DNA of 64,000 nt, taken from Ostrea edulis. Lineage: Eukaryota. Position 1 is the first letter of the stretch, and each line of letters begins with the position of its first letter. The position numbers and the translations under genes are program-made. The notes beneath the pieces were generated by a model that saw only the letters and a list, made by a program, of their open reading frames with translations, had not been told where the DNA came from and did no database searches. Of the stretch, positions 47,201-59,261 are shown in pieces. The stretch is taken from positions 12,462,001 to 12,526,000 of the forward strand of contig NC_079168.1 of the NCBI RefSeq assembly GCF_947568905.1, in the 5' to 3' direction.

Positions 47201-50200
47201 GATTTATAAAAGCCACCGTGCAAGCTTGTAATGATATCAGGCTTAGTTTAAAAATGGTCACACTCATTTTAAGTCACAAGATTTTTCACTAGTAATTGGG
47301 CAGATGTACTCTCAAGTTTGTGTGAACTTTGTCCTGAGTCATGTTATGATTAATAACACACAACAGTACAATTCATATTAGAGTATGTATATGACATTCA
47401 CGAGATTTCCCATATTTCAGTTGTCATTGTGATATGTATATTAATTGTATTGAATGCTTTGGGTTTTTTATTTTGTTTTGTTGAGGGGAGCATGCATATT
47501 CCTAGCCCTAGGGCTGTTTACAATCCTCCTTAAATGAATGAAACATTGAATTAAATGTATATAACTGTGTGATACATACATGTATTTAATCCATTTGTAG
47601 ATCTATATGTGTTTTTTGTCAGAGATATGTGTTCCCTGTTGATATATACAATCATGTATAATTGACTGCTACAGATAAAGTTCACTTTAACAATTGATTA
47701 AATATAAAGAATTTACGACTCAGTCTGATACAACACTTCATTGCTTGTACCGTATATACTGTTTCCCCAACATGCTGCATCCACATGCAGTTTGCAGTCT
47801 ATGTAACCTGTAGTTAATGTTGTAGACTTTCTTTCTTTTTTGAATTTCCTTCTTTATAAACTGTCTTACTGTTGTGCCCTCTGGGCCCAAAATTGGAATA
47901 AACTTATCTTATCTTATCTATACTCGCCTTTAGGTCGGTTCGCCTATAAGTCTTTTGTATATTTTGTTATATATATAGTTATATGAATAATATACACTTA
48001 AGATTCAAATAAAATCATTAAAATATACTTTATGCATAAAATCCTAGAATACATGAAGAATATAATATGTCCAGTCAATGTTAATCATGATAATTGTCAA
48101 AGTACAAAGTTGTTCAAAAATACTACGGTATACATTACGCTGTCCAGAAAAATGCTAATCTTCTTAGGACTCGCCTATAAGTCTGATATAGAGTTTTGGA
48201 CCAATTTTTAGCTCCCTAAAATCCGACTTATAGGCGAGTATATACGGTAAGAAACAAAATGAAAGGAGTAGCAAATTTCACATGCCAGTATGCTAGCAGT
48301 TTAGATTTGAACATTTCTGTGTGTCAGAGTGTCAGAAAGATAGCCGAGTTGTCAGAGGATGAACATATGCTCTAAATCTGAACATGCTTTATATCTAAAC
48401 ATGCTCTAAATCTTAACATGCTCTAAATCTGAACCTGCTCTAAATCTTCCCACTTGGTTCTACTTCCTCATGCTTATCTGGTTGGACTTTGTACTCGGGT
48501 ATGCAAAACTTAGATTAAGAGTATAACCAATTAATACATTTTAAGAAACAACTGGTAAAGGATTTTGAAAATGAAATGAATTGCATCAGTTAATTAAATA
48601 GAACCCTACTGGTGAAGCCGAAGGAGACTTAAGGTTTGCACTCTGTCCATCTGTTAGTCAGGCGAATCAGTTTTCCGGACTTTTTTGTCATTTTTGCAGA
48701 TATTCATTTGATATATGGTACATTGCTTTACCATGACAAGTTACAGATCAATTAAGTTCTATATTTGTTCCGGTCCATTGCTTTTTTCCCTGCTGAGTTA
48801 CCCCCTATGACCCTTGGACTTGGAAAATTAATGCAAATATTCAGTTTTCCACTCTTTTCTTCATCATGCTTGCAGACATTCATTTGATATTTGGTACATT
48901 ACTTTACCATGGCAAGTTGCTGATCCAGTTCAAATTTTGTTTAGGTCCATTGATTTTTTTGCTCAGTTATGGCCCTTTGATTTAGAAAATAAATGCAAAT
49001 ACTCCGTTTTTTACTACTTGTGACACAATGGAATTTGACTGTCATATATGCATGGCTTTTATGGGGCCTGGTTATTCTTGTACATAAACTATTGACGTAT
49101 GATTCTTCATGCAGAATATTACGCATATGACTAGATTTTGGACTGTTTTTATATGCTTGCAGAATATTTGTTAAACCTATAAATTTACATTTTCAGTAAA
49201 TTGTGTTGATCGACATCTTGATGCACTGGGAGATTCCACTGCTTTGATTTGGGAAAAGGATGAACCAGGCACGGAAGAGCATGTTTCTTACAGGTATGTG
49301 TACAGAATGAAAATCCCGTAATTTATCAAGGAAGAAGAATAGTTGAAATCAGCTGTCTAATTAAAATCAGACTTGTATATTCTGCTTCTTTACGATTCAC
49401 CTCAATACAAGTGAATCAAAGAGGAGCAGAATATACAAGTCTAATTCTAATTAGATCATTGAAATGGGTAATTATATATATACATAAAGATATGAATACA
49501 TGTAATTTTTTTAGAAGTGAAAATTTGGATTATATAAATTTTATATTAAACGTGTACACAAAGAATGTCACATGAATGATTATATTGTTAGTAGAAATCA
49601 AACCAGGCCCTCTGCACTGAGGTATCCAGGCAGATATCCATGGTTCACCAATTCAATTACATTTAGAACAAGTTTGCTATTAAGACTGTCAGACAAACAG
49701 GTTACATGGATAGCTAAGTTATTTAAAGTTCAGGGTTTCAGGCTAGAGTCCCTGTGTGATACGTACATCACATTCAGATTACACCGAGTACCATAGACCT
49801 GTCTTTTATATAGAGAGTAAAAACGGGAGAATCGTGGGTTGGTATCTTTAGCATGGGAAGATATTGATGGGGGTATTTCAAACCTGGTCAGAGTTGTGGA
49901 AAACATTTTTAGATAGCCAGTCATTCGGACTGACAAGAAGGCAACATAAGCCAGTCCGAAGTAATTTAAGCCAGTCCGAAATCTAAAGTCACAAAATAAA
50001 AATAAAAAAACACCAAAAAGTACACAACATTTATTTCCTTTATTAAACATCGTTATACTTCATAATTACATTTACTCAGTCTCCATTTCTATGCTTGTGA
50101 AATCTCCACAGCTCCTCGGTTAAGAACAGAATTTTCATGATCTGTTATAGAAGAGTACCTGTAGTTTAATGAGGCGACGATAAAATTTTGTAAGCGGTTA

Positions 50201-53200
50201 TTTGTTACGCAGCCGGCAGTCTGTCAATGCAAATACTGCATGTCATTTTAACACCATCGAATTTCAACCATTCCCGCCCCTCTGTCCAATTGTGTTTGAA
50301 TTCTCTTTGTCGAGATCTTTCGTATTTAACCGTGTCTTCATCTGTTACTGTTAGTTTACGTATTTTACCTGGTTTCGCTCCAACTGTAAATTTGCTTGTT
50401 TCGCTTTACATCAGCCTCAATCTCGTTTAAGGAAAACAGTATTACGCAATCGCATTTTAGTTTTACAAGATAATTGCGCTGAAAAATGCACCGATTCTTA
50501 CAGGAAACAAAACCAAAACCAAAAACAAAAAACCCAGGCCGGTCATGTGGACCGACATCAATGGCGTTTATACCGGTCGCAAGCATTTTTAATCAGTTTT
50601 GCCGGCATGACCGGCAGTTTTCCACAACTCTGCCTGGTCCATAGTGTTTACAATCTGAAAACTACACGTCCAAAAGCCGGGATACATCACGAAGAGTAAC
50701 ATTTGTCTACTTGTCATAGTTAATATAAATGCATATATGTTTTTATCAATTTATTTATTATGTCACAGGCAGCTGTCACAAATGGTTAATAGAACTGCCA
50801 ACATGCTGAAGAACCATGGGGTGAAGAAAGGAGACAGAGTCGCCATCTATCTGCCAACTTCCCCAGTAGCCATTGCTTGTATGTTGGCATGTGCCAGGAT
50901 TGGAGCCGTTCACAGTGTTGTGTTTGCGGGATTTAGTGCTGAGGCGTTGGCAGGCAGAATCATTGACGGTTAGTTTAACGTAATCCTGTACAGGAAGCCA
51001 CCAACAGCTGGGAAATATAATATAGCTCATTGCACTGTATGTATAGTCTAGTGCTTCTGTACTTATCACTCATTCATCATTGTTTTTATGATGACCACCC
51101 CAAGGTCGAAACCAATCAACCAAATAAAATTCACACTGCATTCTCATGATGTGTTGGAGATTCAAGTTTATACTTTTGGATGCAGACCCTGTTGAATATC
51201 GCATGGTATCCACTCATGAGAATCTTCCGTAATTTTAACCTCAAGGTGTCTCCAGTTTCTGACTTTGATTGTTTTTATATTTTAGCGGATGCGGAAACAG
51301 TCATTACGGCTGATGAGGGTGTTAGGGGAGGTAGAACAATCCCACTGAAGAAAACAGTGGATGAGGCAGTATCAAAGTGCTCCTGTGTCAAGCGAGTCTT
51401 TGTGTATCGGCGGACGGGAACCGGATCTCTGGGAAAGAACGACTTCTCTTTGGATGATGTAAGTACAGTTAAACTTGTCTTAACCAAAACCTGTGTACTC
51501 CATTTCACTGTGAAATTAGTCCCTGTTCTCTATGATCTTATTTTCCCTGTTCTCTATGATCTTATTTTTCCTTGTTCTTTACAATGTTTAATCTTACGCC
51601 CTGTTTAATCCAACACAAAATTTATCTTACAGAGCATGTCAGATTAGACAGGTTTCACTGTATCGTAAAGATTGCTCATCATCAGATTATGTACTGTAGG
51701 TTCCTTATTTCATGCGAGCACTTAATATGATGAACTGACACGCATGTTCGTCAAATCACGTGAACATGAATTCACATTTTGTCTGTTAATCAAGAGTACT
51801 TATATGTATTTCAGCACCAGAAAATTATAAGCGAGTTATCTTATTTCTCGAGTGATTCCTTTCACGAAATTACGTGATAATAGATTCCTTGTGTATATTT
51901 AGAAATCTACAGAATGTAAAATCATGAGAATCATCTTGATGCTGAATCTACAGGCTGAATATATAGATTCTTAAGATGGTAATCTTCTTGTGAAAATTTA
52001 CAAGTATGTGTAAATGCAGTGTAACTTGTCTTTTCTGAATGTTTTATAGCCCACAGTGTTTTGTAATCCAGAATTACATTTTGACACTCGATTTATACAA
52101 CTCATTGAACTGTTATCAGAGATTAGATTCTGTTATTTTGAATGTTCCGTAAATTGTCCATGGCAAATATATTTTTCAGACCCACATGCATCCTTTCACA
52201 CATACAAGAGATTCTCAATGTCTTGAACTTTGTTCTGTTAAAGTCCTTGATCTTTCAAAATAATCTCCCAGTCCTTATTTTCCCTCCATTATAAAGCAGC
52301 AATTTACTCTTGTTTTCTGGAATTCTTTAGCTCTTGGCTAATATATGAGTCTGTTATATATGATCCTCAGGAGTTTACTTTTGATTTCTGTAAGTGCTAG
52401 TTGTTTGCACAAGCTGTTGATTGCTCTTGATGGACATTACCTGAGAGAAGGCCATTGTTATAAAAAATCACTTTGATGGACTGGTAGTTAGGTAGGACAC
52501 TTCGATTTGGTCAATCTGGAAATCAATTGTTCTGTTATTAAATCATTTACTGCAATTATCAAGTCATATAATCAAATTTTGAAAGTTTGATGATATATTA
52601 TGAGATTCAAGACATGTTAATCAAAGAAACATAAAAGAAGTATAATTATGATAGAAATAAACAGAAATGAAAATATTTAGTTTCTTTATTCATATTTCAA
52701 TGAAACAAATTTTTTACTTTTTTAAACATATTTCATGGGAAAATTTGATTAGAAATTTTACCTCCGTCAAACCCTTTAAACACAATTATATTTGGTTAGT
52801 GTATAAATTAAAACTGCATGGTTGATTGAAGTTTCGATTTCAAGACTTGAGAAAATGCAAACTTTTTTTGAGAATCACCTGTATATACAAAGAAATTCAG
52901 AATGTTTGAGGGAATGCAAGACAAAAAGCATTGTAATTTTTCAAATTGACCTTTTGAAAACTGCATGATTATGTTTTCTGTGATCTGAAAAAAGGATTGT
53001 ACTTCTGTTGTCTGGAATAGGGATGTATCAGTAAAAAATGCCAGCTTTATAGATATGTGAATTGCTTCTCTTACAAGGAAATGGCCAAGGCTTCTGATGT
53101 CTGTGAACCAGAGCTAGTGGAAAGCGAGGATTACTTGTTCATGCTGTACACCTCGGGGTCTACAGGAAAACCTAAAGGCATCGCCCACTCCACTGCCGGA

Positions 53201-56200
53201 TATCTGCTGTATGCTTTGATGACTCAGAAAGTAAATATCATGTTATTGTGATGCTATTCATCCCAGAATTCAGTTTGTTTTGATGCATGTGTATATATGT
53301 GGTATTCAATGTTTTGAAGGATGATTTTGGTACCTAACTTAACTGTCGACCTTGTGGACATCCGTCTAAACAAGATTTGTACATCTTTATTAACATTGTA
53401 ATTTGTTTTAGAACCAGAAATGTTAAAGAATTCTCCATACATAGAGGTTTTATGCCCCCGTAATCAGAGATTCAGGGGCATGTAGTTTTAAGTTTTTGGT
53501 CTGTCTGTTTGTCCACAAAAACTTTAACCTGGCCATGACTTTTGAATGGATGGTGATAGGGCTGTCATATTTCATATGTGCATTCCTCATGCCATGGCCT
53601 TTCTTTTCATACCAAAATATTTGACCTTGGAGTTTGGACATAAGGGGGCATCAGTGCTTCACAAACACAGCTTGTTTTAACTTTTAGCCAATGATTTTGT
53701 GTGTGATTTGACAGCACGTATTTGACTACAGAGTTGGGGAGAGATTTGGGTGTGTGGCAGACATTGGTTGGATCACTGGACATACTTATGTGGTGTATGG
53801 ACCACTCGTCAACGGGGCAACCACAGTATTATTTGAAAGCACTCCCATTTACCCAGATGCAGGTATATAAACACTTATCTTAAAAGAGTTTTTAAGTACT
53901 GGTATACATGAATGATATCTTATACATGGGAATTTTTGTTCATCAGTATTTCATTGTAATTTATGCATGTGTATATATTGTAATCACTAAAATTCACTAC
54001 TTGACCTATGACACGGAAAATTAAATTCTCAATTTTCAGGACAACCTGTCCCTTCCTCAAGATAAATGAAAAGTTCTCACTTTCTGTATCATTATTGGGT
54101 GGTGGGTGGGTGGGGGGTGTTATAATGCAGAAACATCCTAATTTAGAATTGAAGACTAAGGGTTGTTACTCTCTAGAAGATGAAGGATGAGTTGTTGACT
54201 GTTAAACACAGTGAGGTATGATTGCAAATAGAGACAGGCAGCTGTTTGGCATCTAAACACTATGTGTGACTTATAACAGGTAGATTCTAGTCAATTATAC
54301 CAGTATGACTGATTACAGGTAGATTTTAGTCAATTATACCAATATGACTGATTACAGGTAGATTCTAGTCAATTATACCAATATGACTGATTACAGGTAG
54401 ATTCTAGTCAATTATACAAGTATGACTGATTACAGGTAGACTCTAGTCAATTATACTAATATGACTGATTACAGGTAGATTCTAGTCAATTATACCAATG
54501 TGACTGATTACAGGTAGATACTGGAAAATTATGCTAGTCTGACTGATTAAAGGTAGATACTGGAAGATTACACCTGTGGTTGACATGTATTACAGCATTT
54601 ACAGGTAGATAGTGGAAAATTTTACAGTGTGACTGATTACAGTAGATACACTTGTAACTGTTTATAGGTACGGAAACATTACACCTGTGAGACTGATTAG
54701 ATACAGGTAAATTGCACCTGTTTGACTGATAACAGGTAGATACTGGAAGATTACATTTGTGTGATTGATTACAGGTAAATACTAGTAGATTATTCTTGTG
54801 ATTGATTTATAGGTATAGACACTGGGAAATTACACCTGTTTGACTAATTACAGGTAGATACTGGGAGATGACAGAGAGACTGAAGCTACAGCACATGTAC
54901 CTGGCTCCCACATCTCTCCGTATGCTGCTTAAGGAGGGGGACAGCTTTGTCACTAAGTATGACAGGTCTACACTGAGAAAGCTAGGATGTGGTAAGGGCA
55001 GTTAAATCCTGCTGTTCTATTACATGTGTATTTGTATCGGAATCAGTGCTAGTTGTCTCCCTTTATGGTTACACTGTTTCTGAAACAAAGACAGCAGGTT
55101 TGTTGTGCATTTTCAATGCTGAAATGAAATAGAAAATCATAATTTGGGGGGGGGGGGGGGGGTGAAATTTATTCTGTGGTTCTTGGTAGTTCCAAAATGT
55201 TTGTGTGTAATGTGATGTTGTGAATTCGTCATTCTGCAAAGATATAAATCTTTACACTGGATAGTTGTGCGTGCTCTGAGCGCTGTATCAGTGGTTCATT
55301 TTTATAGTGGGTGAGCCATTGAACCATGAAGCGTTTGAGTGGTACAGGGATTTAGTGGGTGGTGGAAAGTGTGATGTGGTGGACACATGGTGGCAGACGG
55401 AGACAGGAGGAATCTGTATCACGCCCCGCCCCTCGGAGGAGGGCGCCCCTATCTATGCTGCCATGCCTATGAGGCCTTTCTATGGAATCGCCCCCGCCTT
55501 GGTTGACCAGAGTGTATGATCTATTTCATTATTTGCATTTGAAAGCTATTTTCTTACAATAAGTAAAATGATACATGTGTGCTTTTAATTATCCAAAAGG
55601 CTTTACTTCAGTATTTTATAATGTAAAAACTTAATTTCTGCAAATTAATTATACCCGAGTATGTGTGTTGCTTCTATCTGCATAGCGAAATCTTGTATTT
55701 TATTTCTCTGTTTGCTACATCAAATATTTCAGACCATAAACTTAGGAAATATTCTAACTGTATATGAATGTACTCAGGGCAAGGAGGTAACAGAAAATCC
55801 TGGAAAGGGAGCTCTGTGCATCAAGTCTGTTTGGCCAGGAATGGCTCGCACAATTTACGGAGACCATGAACGATTTCTCAACACTTACTACAATCCTTAC
55901 CCAGGTGGGTTCAGAATTTAACCATGTCTTGAATCCCTGCAGGGTAGTACTTCATTCTGTCAGAGAACTTGGTCTTTTTAACCATATCTTGAATCCCTAC
56001 AGGGTACTACTTTAGTGGGGATGGAGCTAGAAGAACAGAGGACGGGCACTACCAGATCACAGGACGAATGGATGATGTTCTTAATGTTAGCGGGCACAGA
56101 CTGGGCACTGCGGAAATCGAAGATGTACTGGTGCGTAATTTGTGGGTTATTGTACTTTAATATCGCAGAATTTTCCAAGTCTACAGTGCTCCATAGATCT

Positions 56201-57944
56201 TCTAAAGATACAATGCTGATAGAAATTTCCTTCTTTTCTTAACTCTTACTTCAAGACTTCTCAAAGAAATGATGATTATTTTGTTTTATTTCCATTTCTC
56301 AATAAAGGATGATCAAGAGGATATTGCAGAATCTGCTGTCGTGGGATACCCACATGATGTGAAAGGAGAAGGTAAACAGTACAAGGGAGATAATAGCAAT
56401 TTTTAAAGTAACAAGCACATATTTCATGAACCACAAATGTAGCTAGCCTAATGTCACAATATAACTATAGTCCTCAGACTTTCAAATTTGGGCCATGGGA
56501 TAAAGTTATGTACATTGATTAAACCAACTGATGTACAGTACATGTAAGGAGGTTGAAAATTAAGTTCAAGTAAATGATCGGCATGACACTAGGTTACCAA
56601 AGCTATACAGATTGTCAGCAGATTTCAGGTTACATTTAGACGATATGCCATCCATTGTATGGGTCCTAATATATATACCAATAGTCACAGGCTTTTTTTT
56701 ATGCATATAGTAAATATGTCTCCCCTCTTTCAGGGGGAGACATATTGTTTTTGTACTTTCTGTCTGTCCGTCTGTCTGTCACAAAATCTTGTGAATGCTT
56801 ATCCTCCTATATGGCTATCAGATAGACTTGAGAAACTTTGTACAATGCTTCATTGCCATTTGTAGAGTGCATATTGTAGTGACAGGAGGATCCAATTGTT
56901 ATCCTTAAAGTTATAGTGGATCTGAAGGGTGTAAAATAGTTTGTGAACACTTCTCTTATGTGGCTTATCGGAGTTTATAATGTCTATGTTCCAGCTCATG
57001 CTCTCTCCTCCATACCATGCAGTACATTAAAGGGAGGAGGTTACAGTGGAGCACTTCCAATTTGGGGAGCTAGGGAGACATTTGTTTTTCATAAAAACTA
57101 TCTCTAGTTGTTTTCCGACCTAATTTCAAGAATCTTTGCTGAATAGTCATCAAACTTCCTAGGCAAACTGATTATCACTTGTAGATGAAATATACAAATA
57201 TTAATTATTACCCATGCTTCACTCACAAATTCTGTACCACTCCCGGTCTCCACTCGTGAGAGAAATTCCATATTCAAATACAGAAGATCTCTCTTTACAG
57301 GAATTTATGCATTTGTGGTTCTTAAGGGTGAATCTCACGCGGGTTTAGACAAGTTAGCAGAGGAAATGCGGGCCATGGTGAAGACAAGAATCTCCTCATT
57401 TGCCCAGCCTGATAAAGTTCTGGTATTGTTATAAGTATACAGTAAAACTTATTTTGAACAAATTTGATTATAGTGAAGATCTAGTTATTGAGTCTAAAGG
57501 AGTCACTTATTTTCCAAGAAAAGAATGTAAACATGTGCATATATATGTTTTATAAATGACAAATTAAATGGCTTTAAAGAGCTAGGGTATAGTTTTCAAT
57601 GTTTCTCATGCTGTTAATCTAAAATATACAGTCTAGGTGATTAGGAACTTTGTATGAAAAAGATATATATATATATATATGCAGGCACAATATTTTTGAG
57701 ATGAGGATGTTTATCCCTACAATCATATTGAGGCATTTTACTCAGTTGTAGTCAACTTCACTTCCAGTTTACCCCTGGGCTCCCTAAAACAAGATCTGGT
57801 AAAATCATGAGAAGAATTCTGAGAAAGATCGCAGCAGACAAACCTGACGAGCTTGGAGACACATCAACTCTATTTGACCCATCTATCGTAGAGGCCATAG
57901 TGGAGAAACACGAGTCGGTGTATGGAATCCAAAAGAAGGAATAA
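44272..57944 (+). CDS. ACSS1: Acetyl-CoA synthetase, mitochondrial type (ACSS1-like), 13 coding exons, 685 aa
   Basis: Exons: 44272-44596, 49197-49293, 50769-50968, 51286-51458, 53078-53230, 53715-53862, 54854-54991, 55308-55513, 55778-55904, 56003-56130, 56308-56371, 57301-57422, 57768-57944. Total 2058 nt, GT-AG. Motifs: [69 protein letters not shown] (regulatory acetyl-Lys). The N-terminus is Arg/Ser/Leu-rich and transit-peptide-like. Confidence 0.95.
44640..46580 (-). mobile_element. Cluster of four tRNA-derived SINE-like heads in ACSS1 intron 1
   Basis: Copies at ~44640-44760, 44850-44975, 45238-45392 and 46476-46575. The minus strand reads GCCAGATAGCTCAGTTGGTAGAGCACCTGACTAGAGATTC..GGTTYGAATCC, then a shared CATTTTCTCCCTTCC tail. 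Confidence 0.65.
46722..47009 (+). mobile_element. Second copy of the TTAA-flanked tRNA-containing MITE
   Basis: Collinear with 31996-32315 (GGAGGTACTCTAC, TAGCTGAGTAGCTC, GGGTTTGAGTCC, GCATACCTCCTTAA). Confidence 0.65.
47750..48247. mobile_element. Mariner-like MITE (TA|CCGTATATACT) with a retroposon 3' tail inserted in its left TIR
   Basis: Right TIR GGCGAGTATATACGG|TA. The insert 47761-47918 ends AATAAAC(TTATC)3 and is flanked by TATACT on both sides. Confidence 0.7.
49356..49455. repeat. 100-bp hairpin element in ACSS1 intron 2
   Basis: TCTAATTAAAATCAGACTTGTATATTCTGCTTCTTT..GATTCAC / GTGAATC..AAAGAGGAGCAGAATATACAAGTCTAATTCTAATTAGA, ~45-bp stem. Confidence 0.8.
49889..50632. mobile_element. 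CAG-ended MITE, 744 bp, 6-bp TSD
   Basis: TIR CAGAGTTGTGGAAAAC / GTTTTCCACAACTCTG, TSD CCTGGT (49883-88 and 50633-38). Confidence 0.8.
54270..54853 (+). repeat. 39-bp repeat copying the ACSS1 exon 7 acceptor junction, ~15 copies
   Basis: GACTGATTACAG|GTAGAT unit at exact 39-nt spacing from 54277 to 54550, then degenerate copies up to the real acceptor (CAG 54851-53). Confidence 0.92.
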
Positions 57945-58581
57945 ACCCTCAAATATTATTAACATGTATTGTGTTTAGCAAGAGGCCTTTTCTTTTTGTT
58001 TACCTCAGTTCACAATATCATTTCCCCATATTCTGTTGTGGAGCAATACAGTTGGTAAATACAGGTGTGTATGTGAGAACAATCAATATTAAGGCACTGT
58101 TTAGAATTTTCTCATCATTTCTTTTAAAAACAGAGAAATCTACATGTAACAAACACATCTGTTCTGTTTTCAAGTTGATTTATGCACTTAATGCGACATT
58201 TATAAAAGGCTGTATGATTCAAGTCAATGAGTACATCTGATTTAATCATCTAAGCTGGTTGTGCAAATTTTTACCTCAGGATGATTGGGTGTGTCCTAAA
58301 CAAGGTTGTTTATTTAAAGTAAAGATATTTTGCTTCTCTTATTAAAGGTAATTTTAAAATTAGCTTGCTGAATTAAATCAGCACCCAAAATGCTTTGTAA
58401 AATAAGTATGCAGTTATAATTTCTAACATTCATGTGTACAAATGTAATATAATTCAGGGAAAGATTAAAAGATAAAGATTTTTTTAGAAATTAATTTTGA
58501 AACAGAAAAATACTATGAACAGATGTTCTGATGTACATGTGTGTTCTCATTTTTCTGTTTTAAAGGTAACTATGATTAAGG

Positions 58582-58587
58582 AATAAA
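58582..58587 (+). terminator. Candidate poly(A) signal of ACSS1
   Basis: AATAAA ~640 nt after the stop. Further candidates lie near 58670 and 60423, so the true site cannot be chosen from sequence alone. Confidence 0.3.
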
Positions 58588-59261
58588 ACTATGCAAGCCT
58601 GTAAACAAGGGCATCCAAACTTGTTATTGTATTTTTATATTTTTTCTATTGTATTTTTATATGTTTCACAATAAACAGCTGTTTCTCTCCAATCAGCAGT
58701 GCTCTTTTTTTGCACTTTTCCTTTTGTTCTATATCTATATCTTGATTGATTGGTGCATAATAAACTTCTAAATTTGTAGAAACTTCCATTGACATTGTAT
58801 TTTATAGGCATACTAGTCAGAGACTTCTTGATTCCTACAGTCATTTTTATACACAATTTTTACTGTCGTACAAGCACTGTGGAGTAAAAAAAGAAATGGG
58901 GGAGCGGTTGAAATTATAAATGTAGCAATTTTGGAACATGTTTATCAGGATGAAGAAGGATTAATTTGGTGTTACATTTATTATGTCTAGTCAGTGATGC
59001 CATTGAAACCTGTAGCCATGTTTATCATTTGCCAGTTACAAGCAGATTGACATATAGTTTCAAGAAATAAATGAAGCTGATGAAGAAATACATGTAAGAT
59101 TGCATGTATACAGTTCATGTATAATGCATGGTTTTTATTCAATACTTGTTTGTCTTTGTTCCTGAATTTCAGAGGTGCTAATTAACTTGTTAAAAGTTCT
59201 TGGAACATGACAAATGAAATGGGTTAGGTATTAAAAGTTTTTATCGCCACCATCAACATTA

